A stretch of 64,000 nt of DNA from the human T2T-CHM13v2.0 reference genome, Homo sapiens. Within the stretch, counting starts at the first letter, position 1, and every line of letters begins with the position of its first letter. The stretch is taken from NCBI RefSeq assembly GCF_009914755.1, contig NC_060927.1; one strand, 5' to 3'. Both the position numbers and the translations under genes were made by a program. This document shows, piece after piece, positions 38,136 to 51,195 of the stretch. The notes below the pieces were generated by a model, which made no database searches, had not been told where the DNA came from, and worked only from the letters and a program-made list of their open reading frames with translations.

Positions 38136-39300
38136 AATAGGGGGTTCGAGCTCAGTAAGAAGGGCATGTTGAACAAAGACAGAAGAAGATGAGCAAGTGG
38201 GCCAAGGGTGTGAGGGAAGGAGAGTCCCACAAACAGAAGAGCAAGTATAAAGGTCCACAGTAGGGCCTGTGCCCAGCGTGTCTGAGGAACTGCAGGGAGG
38301 CCCATATGGCTGGAGAAGAGTGAGGAATAGGGAGAGGAGCAGGGATGGGGTCAGAGACAGGATGAGATGGCAGAGTGTGCAGGAGGATGGGAGTGATCAG
38401 TCAGAGTTTTGTGGCCATCGTAAGAACTTTGGATTTTTCTCTGAAATGGGAGTGATTGTAGGATTTTGAGTAAAGGAGGGACTTGATCTGACTTAGATAT
38501 GAAATGAGATCTTTGGCTCCTCTGTGTCAAGAACTGTGAAAGTTCTGCTTACAAGCTAACAGCCTGCTGCAGTTTCACAGATGCTAGCAGAGACACGGGG
38601 CTCCTGGTCAGAGACAAAGGACTTTGTGACCACAACACAGCAGACAGCGTGAGCCTCTTATTCACATCCATCCCCCTTGCTCCGTGAGTCCCATAGGGGT
38701 GGTTTGGAGCAGCCCTGTGGGTCTGTGTCATAGCTGAGGAACTCTGATCTTAGGAAACCCCTACTCTTACAAGGGACTACTAGCAAATCTGCCCTAACTT
38801 TGCCCTGGAGTAAGTCAATATCTTTATTATCCTGCTCAGGAAACAATCAGATCTCTGTCCAGGAAGAGTACACAGAGTATACCCCTAGGCATTTGTGTGT
38901 AAACATCCTTGACAAGACAGTCCAGGACAAATGCCATGGAGAACTGTCCCCCAACACTATGATGATGATACAGTAGGAGAAGGAGGGAAGTAGGAGGTTG
39001 TTGCTGTCACCTGAGAGAGAGAGATGACAGTGCTTGGATGAGGGTCACAGGAGTAGGAGTATTGCAAAACAAAAGCCAGAATCTGGGTGTACACTGGAGG
39101 TTGGTCAACAGGATTTCCTGACAGATTGGATAAGGAGTGTGAGAGAAGAAAAAAGCAAGAAGGACTGCAAGGTTTGGGGCCTGAGAAACAGAAGAATGGG
39201 ATTTCTGTCAACCTAGTTGGAGGAACATCATGGGAGGAACAGATTTGGGTGGAAAGATCAATAGTTCTGGACATGATGAGTTTGATTTACCTGTTTATTT
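38136..39300 (-). mobile_element. L2 element split by an LTR40 insertion
   Basis: Antisense L2 blocks (ggccatcgtaagaactttggatttttctctga; acaggatttcctgacagattggat; aggtttggggcctgagaaac) either side of the LTR. Confidence 0.8.
38535..38956 (-). mobile_element. ERVL solo LTR (LTR40-like)
   Basis: Reverse complement begins tgttgggggacagttctccatgg; internal gctcctggtcagagacaaaggacttt matches the recalled LTR40 consensus. Confidence 0.75.
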
Positions 39301-40002
39301 GAATGGCTCAGAAGCAAGACTGTGGAAGCTGGGCCTAGGGCCCGATGATCAGGCCTGTCTGCCTAGAGCAGTTGCTCTTGTGATTATGGCAGACTGTTCT
39401 GGTCAGGGCGGGAAGGACTCCCGGAAAAAGCAGGCTGTCAGCCTCTGCTCCACCTTTCTGACCACTTTCCCTCCTATGCCATTGTAATTGACTTTCTCTT
39501 TAAGTTTCCCAGTTGGTACCTGCTCAGGAACATTGGCCAGTATCTGCCCTAGGCTAGGCCGTTCTGGGACACAAAGCTGAGAAAGCCATGTCACTGCCCT
39601 GAAGAGTGCAGCCTCAGCCCAGAAGGGCAGCCAGATAAGCAGTCTGTAGTCACTTTATAGGAGGACTTAGACTGTTACACAGGTGCAGAAATGGACAGGC
39701 CTCCCTAGACAGGGTAGTGGCATGTGCAGAGGCATGGCTGTGGGGTGGGTGGGAGATGAAAGCTTGGACCTTTTAAGAGCTCTAGGAGCTGAAGCTTACT
39801 GTGGCAAAGGAGGTTGGCAAGAAATGAGGAGAGCTGAGACTGGCTTGGAATCCCTCAGTCTGCCAGGCCAAGAAATCTGGCAAACCAGTGATTTTCAAAC
39901 TGTGACTTAAGACCTATGGAGTGGTTATACATTCAATTTAATAGGATAGAAGCAAAATTTTAGAAAACATCTGACGTGCTAGGATAGGAATAGAATAGAA
40001 TA

Positions 40003-40622
40003 CGAATTGACCCTTGAATAACATGGATTTGAACAGTGAGCATCCATTCATATGAAATTTTTTTTCAATGAATATATTAGAATATTTTTTGAAGATTTGT
40101 GACAATTTGAAAAAACTCACAGGCTGGGCATGGTGGCTCACACCTGTAATCCCAGGACTTTGGGAGGCCGAGGCAGGCGGATCATGAGGTCAGGAGATGG
40201 AGACCATTCTGGCCAACATGGTGAAACCCCGTCTCTGCTAAAAATACAAAAATTAGCTGGGTGTGGTGGCATGTGCCTGTAGCCCCAGCTACTCAAGAGG
40301 CTGAGGCAGGAGAATCGCTTGAACCTCAGAGGCGGAGTTTGCAGTGAGCCGAGATCATACTACTGCACTCCAGCCTGGTGACAGAGTGAGACTCTGAAAA
40401 AAAAAAAAAAAAAAAAGAAACAAACAAAAAAACCTCACAGGTGAACCATGATGGATGCATAAAGTATATACATTAATCAACTGTTTATGTTATCTGTAAG
40501 CTTCCAGTCAAAGTAGGCTATTAGTAGTTAAGTTTTAGGGGAGTCAAAAGTTACACACTGATTTTTAACTGCACAAGCGATGTCGGTGTCCCTAACTCTT
40601 GAGTTGTTCTAGAATCAACTGT
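40003..40622 (+). mobile_element. Tigger2a-like (TcMar-Tigger) element interrupted by an Alu
   Basis: Degenerate TIRs ttgacccttgaataac ... gttgttctagaatcaactg with flanking TA; internal gaagatttgtgacaatttgaaaaaactc. Confidence 0.85.
40122..40425 (+). mobile_element. Full-length AluSc-like element
   Basis: ggatcatgaggtcaggagat and cagcctggtgacagag diagnostics; poly(A); TSD aaaaaa(c)ctcaca. Confidence 0.93.
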
Positions 40623-42762
40623 AGGCTAGAATTGAATATCAGGGAGTACCACAGGCAGTTAGAGTGCTCTTTCATGAAAGCTGTCTTTCAGTTACATGCC
40701 TGTGGTGTGTCCTGGTCCCATGTAGTTGTGTGGCTCGCTGTGGATCTTGTTAAATGTCTGGAAGTCCTATTAGTGTGCTCTCAGCTGATGACATATGTAC
40801 TGGCTTGACCTCTCAGGTCTGGAGATGGCTTGAGCCTGGGCAGGTACTCTCCAGGCACAGCCTCCTGTTTCAGCTACTGTTCCATGCAGAGGTCGTTGTT
40901 TCCTATGCATGCTGTGATACAGGAAGGTTGGGAAGTGCTTGTCAGAAGGGTGGTCACTGAAGGGTTTTGAAAGCAAGGAGAATGGGTTGGATAGGCATAG
41001 CTACAGAGAGGGAAGCCTGGAAAAGGCTGGACCTGGATATAGGGATGCTGAGATAACACCTGCCACTGACCTTCCATGAGCAGTGACTATGTGGTTTCAA
41101 CATTGGTCCCACCAGCCCCATGCAAAGTTCCTTGGGGGCCTGAGCTGAGCCGAGTGCCCCTCCACCTCCAGGCACATGTGTAGGGCTGTGCATACAGTGG
41201 AACACAACTAGGCTCAAGGCACTGTGTGGGATTGAGTTGGGCAGCGGGGCCCATCAGCCTTTGGATGGTTGGGGTGGAGTGACTCCTTTCCAAGAGGAGG
41301 GGAGGGAGATGACATTCTAGAGGCAACAAAGTGGAAGGAGACCTGGAGTAAGATTGTCTTCATTTTAGAGCCTCCCGCACAAGCAAAAGCTGGCCACAGG
41401 CCTGACGCAGGCCTTTGCTTCTACCTGCAAATGTGTAGGCCAGTGTCCTGAGGTTGGGCCATGCCAGGACCTGGGAGCGGCTTTATTGTCTCATCCTGAA
41501 GTATTTATGAGCACTCGGCCTATGCCAGAGATTATTTTTCCTAAATAACTCTGACAGTGGAGGAAGATATCATCTTGGTGCCTCTGCAGACAGACCAGTA
41601 CAGTCTATTTTTGTTTCTAAAGAAGGAAGGAAGGAAGGAATGGAGGGCTTTGTTCTTTTGAGTCTGAGAAATGGAACAAAAATTATAAGGTACAACTTCA
41701 GGGCACCCCTTTTCTCCACATTTTAAAAGAAAAATATCTTTCTATCCTTACGTCTCATTGTAGTGGCTGAGCAATTGGCTGTGGTCGCTGTGTTTCTGTG
41801 TCTGGAAGATGCTTTCAATGTGACATTACGCTTCTATTCATATTTACTTAATGGTCAGATGAAAACCCACTTGCAGTTGTAATGTGATGCTTCTTTATAT
41901 GAGTGCTCAGGCCTGGAGGGGAGACATTTTGCCATAACTCCAGCAGCAGCAATATTATAGCAGTCTCTGCTGGTAGAAGTCCTGCTTGAGCACGGGGGTT
42001 GGCTGTCATAAGAAACTTGTGCAGAAGCTAGGAAGGCATTGGATCTGAATAAGCCCAAGGCATGCCCTCTTCTAGGACTACAGCCTGCTGCATAGGGCAG
42101 GGTGTACAGTCCTGTCTCCCTTGAGGGTCTCTGTGGGTAGTGGACTCTTTGTGCTTTGGTGGCTCTCTGAGGAGGAACATGGGAGGAAAAGGGTGGAAGA
42201 AAGTAGGTAGTCTGTGGGTTAGCTCAGTTTCAAGGCTGAGCTCCTGCTTACTGCAGTGTGACCTCCAGTGGGTCATTTCCATGTGCCTCTGGTGTTCTTC
42301 CTCTGCAGAGTAAGACAGTTTGTGTGTAAACAGCTGCATTTCCAAACGAGGGAGGGATCTTAGGGAATCATCCTCATTCATCTGCCCCAAGTCACTCAAG
42401 ATAAGGAGATAAGCTAAGTAAACATTAAGTACTCATTGGTAGATACTGCATTGTAGGGGATGTTCAACTTATGTGTTCTCTAATGTTACTCATATTTTAA
42501 ATACTTACTGATTTGATCTGCAGCACATCTTGCCTTCCCAGTTAATGGATTATTACATGTGTATGGGACCTTGACTCTGGGCATCTCTTCCCATTGCTTC
42601 AAGAGAGGGTCTAATCAGATGATCCTGGGAGTCTCCTCGGCTCTGAAGGTCTGGCTTCCTCTGCTTCAAACCACTCAGAGGAGTCTGCACTGGTCATGCA
42701 GGAGGGAGATAAACCCTCCTTGCTCCCCAAAGCCCCAATCCCATTATTATAAAAAAAGATGG

Positions 42763-43154
42763 TGTGACGGTTAATTTTATGTGTCCTCTTAACTGGGCCA
42801 ATTTGCTCACATATTGTGTCAAACATCATTTTGAATGTTTTTGTGAGGTGTTGTTTAGATGTTATTAACACTTAAATCAGTAGACTTTGAGTAAAGCAGA
42901 TTACCTTTCATAATGTGGGTGTGCCTCATCCAATCATTTGAAGGCCTGAATAGAATCAAGACTGACCTCCCCTGGGTAAGAAGGACTCCTGCCAGCCAGT
43001 GGCCTGTGAACTTCAACTGCAACCTGGGCTCTTCCCTGGGTCACCATAATCACCTGTTTCCTAAAATTAAATCTCTGTCTCCCTTTCTCTCTCACTCTTT
43101 TTCTCTGCACACATTTTATTGGTTCTGTTTCTCTGGAAAACCCAGACTAATACA
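42763..43154 (+). mobile_element. MLT2B-like ERVL solo LTR with perfect 5-bp TSD
   Basis: TG...CA termini (tgtgacggttaattttatgtgtc ... cccagactaataca); gatgg at 42758-42762 and 43155-43159. Confidence 0.92.
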
Positions 43155-43219
43155 GATGGCATAGTTGGGTATTTTTAAGAAATGTTTGTCAGACATATTT
43201 CCAGGCAAAGCTGATTTTG

Positions 43220-43620
43220 GCAGGAGTCACTGAAGAGTTTAAAGCAGAGGAAGGATATGATTGGGTTTGCACTTTAGAAAGGTTCTCGGAGGGTCAGATT
43301 GTGAGTAGGGAGACTGGGTTGAGGGGACCAGTGTACTTATCTGGGTGGGATGTGGCACATTTGGTGGTTGCAGTGGGCATGGAAAGGAGAGGCCAGAGTG
43401 GAAAGATACTTAGGCAAAATAACCTTAAAGGAATCAGGACCCAGTTCATGAGAGTCAGAGTGGGCTCACTTTCTGGCTTGGGTACCCAGGGGATGCTGGT
43501 GCCTGAGGGTGCAGATGAAGGCAATAGGTCGGGGAAGGTGATGAATGTTCTGTGGGGCATGTCAAATTGGGTGGAACCTCTGGGGCCTTCTGTGGGAGAT
43601 GCCCAGGGAGCACAGATTTA
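43220..43620 (-). mobile_element. L2 fragment
   Basis: ggagtcactgaagagtttaaagcagagg...tttgcactttagaaagg...gcagtgggcatggaaagg. Confidence 0.7.
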
Positions 43621-46600
43621 GGAGATGGGAGCAACTAGTGTGATGGTGGTGAGGGCTGGTTGAAACCCTGGGGAGTATGTGGAGCTCATCTGTGTTTCCA
43701 CAGAGCTTATCTCCCAGGAGATAGCCATCGGGAGTGCCTTGCCTGGCATGTTCCCCTGCTGAGGTCTGTTACCCAGGAGCCTGCAGACACAAAGAGCAGG
43801 CTGGTAATGCTGAGAAGCGAACATTCAGTACCTGTCACCAGAACCCAGCATGGGTGTTCAACACTATCTGGTGACTCTGTGAGAAGACCCTATGCTCAGG
43901 GGATGAAGTGTGTTGCTTGTGCAAGAGGGATGGAGAGAGAGTGTTTTCCAAGTATATGTGTGTGTGCATGTGTGTGTACCCAGGTGGAACCCTCCTGCAT
44001 GCTCACATATGCCTTTATGAATACTGGAATCTCTAAACCTACCATCATGCATCTCGTCTTAGCTTCCTACCTCTCTCTTTCTACCCCTGCAACAGCCATG
44101 TTATTGCCAGTAACACATGAGAAGAGTGAGGGAGATCTGTCTGTAGACAAGCTCAGTGTGCTGCTAAGGAGGCAGGCAGCAGTTCTGTCCTCATGCGTTC
44201 CCATTGTGCCCTGTCCTGGGATGGCAAATGCAAGGCCAGACAGGCTCTGGGCTCTCTGGTCTGACCACTAATAGCATCTTCTCCTCCCGCTAGGCTGACC
44301 AGCCTCCAAGGCAGGACTCTGACACCAGGGTTATAAATGCATCTGTCTGGGCACATTATCTAAATTGTTATGTATCACCCTGGGTAATGGCAAAAGTAAA
44401 AACCGCTGTTAGCTCAGTGAATAAATCCTTGGTGCTGATCAATCATTGCACGACATAGACTCTTTTAATAGGCACAATTTACACAGAGGCTTGGCAGACT
44501 GCTTCGTCTTCTAATTGCCGATGGAAAATGGATGCCGATCTCTGCTGTGCCGTAAAAATGTAAACTATAAATGACTTAAAAACTTGTGTGCTCCCTTCTC
44601 CACCCAGCACTCATTTTAACCTTTTATTTAGAAACAAAACAAAGAAAAAAACTACTCTCTTGTGAGATAATAACTTTTACGATGTGGGACTTGATGCTCC
44701 TCCCACCTGATGCTCCAAATGCTTCCTGGAGCCAGGGTTTCCCCAGGTCTCCGTCCATGGGGGAAGCATCATTGCTAGCTACATAGACCATCCCCATCCT
44801 CCTAAGTGCCGTGATGTTATTACACACTCTTAAGTACTCTGAGTTACTGCCCCTTGTGCTCATTAATGCTTCTGTGGGCTGAAGGGATCTGGAGCTTCAA
44901 GAAGGGCTTCACTCCAGCACAGAGCCCTGGGAGAAGTGGATTCTAATGGCAGTTATGTGCCAGTGATGGACTGAAAGCAGAGCAGGACTGTCAACGTAGT
45001 CAACCCAATGGCGTGGCGTACCGGCAGCATTGCAGTGAGCCAGGCATGCATCATCCTATGTTTAGCTCCCAGACACCAGCAAGCCCTGTCCTGTTAGAAA
45101 CTTCCCCTGTCAGAGTTAGAACCACCGGTGTGTACCTGGTATTCTGTGGTCTGGGTGGGTTGTGTGTGTTTATGAATGTGTCTCTGTATGCTGGGGTTGG
45201 TTTGTAATTTATGCTCCAGGAGCACCAAGGAAGTACACGTGACCACTCTGGGATGATGAGGGGAGCATCTGGAAGTACTCTCTTCTCAGGTCCAGAACTT
45301 TTACTCACCCACATGCCACTGCACTTGATATTCTACCCATAAGAGATCAATTTCTTTGGGGTTTAAGGCAAAAATACCCCCATTAAAATCCAGATGACAG
45401 GACTACCCTATAAGGCATTCTCCATTGTTAATACATTGGTTCACACAATAGTGGAGCCATTGAATGTTAACAATAAGATGATGCCATCCAACACACTCAT
45501 TTTAGGGGTAAGAAGGACAAAGGCCAGAGTGGGTATATGACTTGCCGAGTCAGGCGGCAGACAGAACTGGGACCTGGGCACAGCTTTTCTGACAGGAAGT
45601 CACCTGGAAAGATGCTGAAGGCCAGGCTGTTTTGATGAAAAAAAATGGAAGCTTATGCTACGAACTCTGGGTCCTCCAGTGTGGAGGACTCACTGGGCAG
45701 CAGTGGGAATGGGGAGTGGCCTTGGCTGGGGGCAGCCTGGTTGCCCCAGAGGGCTCTGAAGGAGATGAGAGAAGCACAGAAGTGCTGGGGGCCTCAGCTG
45801 CTCTCTGCATGGTCCCTCCCTTTCCTGTGACTCTAGCTGGAGCCTGGCAGCTGGCTGGGGTGAGGAGGGAAGAAATACAGGCCACAGAGGGCCTGAGCCA
45901 TCCCTGCGTATAGATGAGAGTCACTGAGAGTGACTGAGAGAGAACACTCCTGCCACCAGGCAGGTGCTGGGACAAGTTCACATGCGATGTGCAAGTAAGG
46001 GTTTGCAGAAGAGCAATGAGCCTGGGTCTGGAGATGGAGGCAAGCTGCCCAGGAGAGGGGTCCACTGAACCAAGGAATAGGGAGAGCTGCGTGTGAGAGG
46101 CCCAGACAGCACAAATGCTGTGAGGCTGAACCAGGCCAGGAGACTGGGCGCTGCAGGAGGGACGGCTGCACAATGAGCCAGCAAGGGCTGTTTGGTAAGG
46201 CTCCAGCCAGCCCTGCTGGAGGCAATGGGGAGGGCCAGGAAGGAGAGTGACCTAATTTCACCCATGGTGCTGCTGTGTGGAGAATGGGATGGAGGTGGGG
46301 GTGGTGGGCAAGTTTTATGTAACAGTGATAGACCCCCTTGCACAAGGAGACAGGTGCTGGTGTGACTTGTAGAATCTTAGGTAGTTTTATCCTTAATTCC
46401 TGTTTGGTCCCATGGGAGCTAAGGCATGAGCCTCTCCAGACAGGCCCAGAATCAGATGTTCTGAACAGGACATATGGAAAGGAGCAGATCCCTGAGTCCC
46501 TGTGCGAGCCCCTCCCAGGGGTAATGTCCTCAAGGTCCCAACCCTGCATCTCTAATATAGCAAAGGTGCTGATTGGGAGAAGAAAGTGAGGCAAAATTGG

Positions 46601-47609
46601 GAGGAAAGGGCTTCAACGTTCCTCTGCTCTTCTTTGGGAGCTGTGTGTTTTGGGAGCCCCTTAGCTTCCTGGCTTCACTGGTTATCCTGCCTGGCTCCTG
46701 GACACTGCCACTCACCCAAAACCAGTGGGTTCGTTTCACTGATCTCACCCCCAGGGAAAGGGTAACCAGGCCCAGGACAGTGAGAGGAGAGGTTGTCTTG
46801 CAGGTGGAAGTCACCTTCAGGGTAAGAGGCCATGTAGAGGGTGGCTGCTGCTGCATCCTGCCCTGTGTCATTGGAGGCTTAGACATGGGAGGCTGAGATA
46901 AGGAGCGCGCAAACCTCACAAAAACAGCTTAACTCCCACCACGATGTGCACCTGGAAACCTTGTGAGGCTTGTTATGTTTCTGCCTAAGTTATGGCCAAA
47001 ACAGGGAGTCAGGGGGTAGAGTAGACAGAGGAGAACTCGCTCAACAGTTCAGAGTGAGGAGGACTGACAGACACACACATTGAGAGCAGATGGGAACCTC
47101 TGAAACACAGGAACGCACTTTCCTTGAGTTTGGGCCTGGACTGACCCTTGCTGTTCTGAGCCTGGTTCCCTATTTGTAAAACAAGAAAGCAGACTCCATT
47201 TGATGACCCTCCAAGGGGGGAGCTGCTCTGTGTCCCCAGCACACTGGGGCACCTCTACTGCCCCAGGAGGTGCTCAAGCTGAGCACCAGCCCCCTTCGTG
47301 TTGGCTGCAGGCCCAGGGGAGCTCCGAGCAGACTCCTTGTTTACCAAGAGGCTCTCCCTAGACATTGTGCCTCGCATTTTCACCTCCCCGCTTCGCTCAC
47401 CCAGGCGCTGCTGCTTCTTGGCAGGAGTCTGGCTCTCAGGAAAAGTGCCCAGGCTGGAAGCACTGAGCCTGGGTGTGTCCTCCGTCTGGCACCAGGCTAC
47501 GGGGCCAAACCACTGCAGGCCTCACTGCCTCCCTCTGCCCTGTCTCACAGTAGCAGGGAGGGCTCTTTGGGGGACTACAGTTGCTTCTAAGCAGTCAACA
47601 AGGAGGTTA

Positions 47610-47825
47610 AAGTTTCAGCCTCTGAAGCCAAACTGCTTGGGTGTGAACTCCGGCTCTGCTAATTGCATAATGTAGCCAATCTGGGTCTCAGTTACTTCTT
47701 CTGCAAAATGGGGGTGGATCATGTCACCAACTTTGTAGAATGGTGAGGACTCAATGCAAGAGTGTATGTAAAGACCTTACCACACTTCCTGAGGCATCTT
47801 TAGCCCTGATTAAATGCCAGCTGCT
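47610..47825 (+). mobile_element. MIR
   Basis: ctctgaagccaaactgcttgggtgtgaactccggctctgc...tctcagttacttcttctgcaaaatggggg. Confidence 0.8.
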
Positions 47826-48319
47826 TCATGGTTATGACTAAAAAGATGTTATGAGTCTGAGTATGGAGGTGGCAGTGTTCCGCAGTGTGGGTGTCCTGCG
47901 GCATGGGTGCCCACCTTCTGCCTTTTCTTGTATCTGTTCCTCACACATGTGGGCGGCCTGGGAAGTGTGCTGCCTTCCCCAGGGAGCCCTGGACTGAGTC
48001 ACAGGCAGGACCCACATCAGCTGCATGGCTGTTTTTTTGTTTTTGTTTTTGTTTTCTCAAGGAAGCAAGGTTTTCTTTTCCCTGGAGAGAACTAAGGGTG
48101 TTAAATGGGTTTTCTGCAGCCCCCTAGGCAGTCTCGGCCTGGCCTTGGTGTCAGCTAGTCGCAAACAACACCCTGCAGCTCAGGCTGCAGGCAGGAGCTG
48201 GGTACTCCTGCACCACATGCAGCTGGCTCTGACTGGCAGCTGGTTGTCAGAACAGGACTGTTAGTGTTGAGTCTCACGGTGGTTTGACTGATGGAGAACT
48301 TAGGAGAACTTAGGACTTA

Positions 48320-48500
48320 GGTGAAGGTCCAAATCTTGGCTTATAGCCTCAAGACAGTCAGACCTTTCCAACCTCTGTCTTGTCATTTATAAAATGGAGT
48401 GGTAATTCTTGTGTTGTAGGATTGTTTTGAGACTCAAATTACTGCAGATAAAGTACATGGCACATATTTTATGCTCAATAAATGGTAGTTGTGGCTACTT
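48320..48500 (+). mobile_element. MIR fragment
   Basis: tcatttataaaatggagtggtaat...taggattgttttgagactcaaat...tgctcaataaatggtag. Confidence 0.7.
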
Positions 48501-50789
48501 TTGTTAAATGAATGTATATAATGCCAGGGATTTGACTTTTTAGTGATAAATCTTAATAGTTATATACAAAGGTATTTGAACTAGACCAAGAATTTTGAGC
48601 TGGAAGAAACCATAGTCAAGTCCTTCCATTTTGCAGATGAGAAATTAAGCCCCATGGAGGGTTGGTAACTTGTCTAGGGTCTCCCTGGCCAGGAACCTTG
48701 CCATTTTTCAAATCCTTTCCCTTCAGCTCCCCATTTTTTGTTTGTAAGAACTTCAAAAGTGACCCCAGCATTGTTACCCAAGCAATTTTGTTTCTGTTTA
48801 CTCTCTTGGATACATCAGAAATGTGCTCAGAAAAATTTTATTCCTGGGTGTGCTGACCCCAACTAAAGATGTGTACATCTAGTGGCAGGCCTTAAGAATA
48901 CCTACAGAAATGATGGAAGTTCAGAAAGCTGATTCACTTTGTTCCAGGTGCAGCTTTGCAAGAGCAGAGTTCTGGGGGCTCTGGGCTCAGATCCTGAGTC
49001 TGCAGCTTGTCCAGCTTTGTGACCTTCCACAAGTTGCTCATCCTGCCTGACCCTCAGCTTTCTGTCTGTAGAAAGGAAATCAAACAAAAATTAGGCCAAC
49101 CATATGAGATTTTGGTTGTTGTTATTGTGGAGGTTATTTCAAATCTCCCCCTGCCTCCCAACCAATGCTCTTGTTGATGGGGTTGACAGATGATGAGGAG
49201 GGAGTTAAAATGTTCTTCACGAGCAAAGCAGGAAGAAGAGGAGAGAGAGAGATGACAGCTGCAGCCAAAGAGTTGTCCAAAGAAGATTTAAAAGAAGATT
49301 TTGGCATAACATATGACGCAGTCCTCTCCAAAATCTTCAGTGATATCTGTTTTGCTGAGTGTACTGCTCTACTGCATGAGGTTGGATTTGCTTTATGGGA
49401 TGAGGATAGACTTGAGTCCTGTTTCAAGATGAACATGCGATGGAGACAGAAGCAGCTCACTGGGGCCATGTAATGAAATGATGTGGGCACTGGGCTGCGT
49501 GATAGTGGGAACTGAGCAAGTACCGCGCATGTGGAGTCAAGGGCTCTGTGGTTGCTGCTGCTGATAGTGAAGGTGATCCCTTGTTCCCTTCCCTCCTGAC
49601 AGCCCAGACCCTGCTAGTTTCTGGAGATGGAGTGATGGGGAGCATTGGCAGGTCCATCTGCTCTCCAGGATCTCTCCTGGAGATTAAGCTCCTAACCCTA
49701 CTTTCAGCATATTGATGAGTTCTGTTTGATGAATTCAAACCTCTGCACTTTAGTATTCTTGACATGAGGATATGTGGCTATGGAAAACATTGGAGTTGGG
49801 GACTATTAAAGTGTTTTCTGAAGTCAGACCATGGACTGTAGATTTATAGGGAAGGATTTTGTTGGGGGGAAAGTGCCGAGAGCATAAAAGCCAACCATAC
49901 CCAATATCTTTCCCAGACAGAAATGATATTTCAGTAAGTAAAATAAATAGTATATGGAAGTGCTTGCACATACATCACCAAGCCCTTTCTGTGCTGTGTG
50001 GGGTGTGTATGTGCTAAATGTGTCCCAAGGCTCAGGAAGCAGGAAAAAAACTAAATGGACAAAAAAGTTTGCCCTCACATAAAGTGCCATCTTTTCTCTG
50101 CTTCCTGTCTCTGTCATGAAATGCTTTGGGGTTTGAGAAACTGGATTGCTACTTGTTTCTTATTGGATTGATCACAGGGATGGGAGAAGGAGGGACTAGA
50201 GTCTATTCTTCAGAAGTTCCCGCCCCTCAGGGATCTTGGCCTCAGATGGCAAGGTGACCTTCCAGGCTGAATGGCTGACTGAGTGTGATATCTTCTCTGT
50301 CTTTTCATGGTCAGGAATGTCTTAGTCAAAGAACTGGCTCCTCATTTTACAAACAGGTATAAGAGGCCCATAGAAGGGAGGTGAGACCCCCTACTTCCTA
50401 TCTCAGGGAACCCCCTTCCCATCTCAGAGGACTCCCTGGTCAGATTGACATTGCTGTTCCTGGGGTGGTCACTTTTCCTCTTGGCTGGATCGCAGGTCCC
50501 TGAGCCAAGGTGGGAGAGTGACTGCAGGAGCTCTGGCATGCAGCCTCTGCAGATCCATAGCCTTACCCCATGGAATGGAGCTCTGGGAATTATCGCCAAT
50601 GGGAGCATAGATTAGACTTGGGGCTGGTGGTGAGATTTCTCTTTAAGCTGTGAATTTTAATAGAACTTTGAAAGACGTTTGACCATATCAGCCCTTCTTC
50701 TGAAATTGTCAGCCCAGGGCGTTCATCAGAGCAAAACTGATCTGGCAGGCCAAGTGGAGGGGCAGGAGAAATGGCTTTGCTTTAGATAC

Positions 50790-51195
50790 TGCAGTGGGTT
50801 GGATTGAGTCTTCCTCAAATTCATGTCCACCCAGAACCTCAGAATATAGCCTTGTTTGGAAAGAGAACCTTTGCAGATGCAAATAGTTAAGATGAAGTCA
50901 TACTGGATTAAGGTGGGTCCCAAATTCAATAACTGATGTCTTTATAAGAAGAGATGGCACACAGAGACACAAGGGAGAGGACCGTGTGAAGATGGAGGCA
51001 GCCCCAAACCAATGAATGCCAAGCTCCACCAGAAGCTAGAAGGGTCATCCCTTGGAACCTTCAGAGGGATCATAGCCTTGCTGACATTTTGATTTTAGAC
51101 TTTTGGCCTCCACAGCCATTGGAGAATACATTTCTTTTGTTTCAAGCCTCCCAGTTTGTGGTAATTTGTTACTGCAGCCCATAAAAACTAATATA
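50790..51195 (+). mobile_element. MLT1B/C-like MaLR solo LTR
   Basis: aaattcatgtccacccagaacctcagaat...gtcatactggattaaggtggg...ccagtttgtggtaatttgttactgcagccc...aactaatata. Confidence 0.9.

Noticed and set aside
43660-44271. 203-aa plus-strand ORF
   Set aside because: Non-ATG start, passes through a TG-repeat patch (CVCACVC), no recognisable domain or exon structure
45833-46594. 253-aa minus-strand ORF, the longest in the window
   Set aside because: Non-ATG start, Pro/Leu/Ser/His-rich composition typical of chance frames in locally GC-richer DNA, no recognisable homology
48880-48900. catctagtggcagg, a partial CTCF-like motif
   Set aside because: Mismatches at the conserved GGC positions of the core
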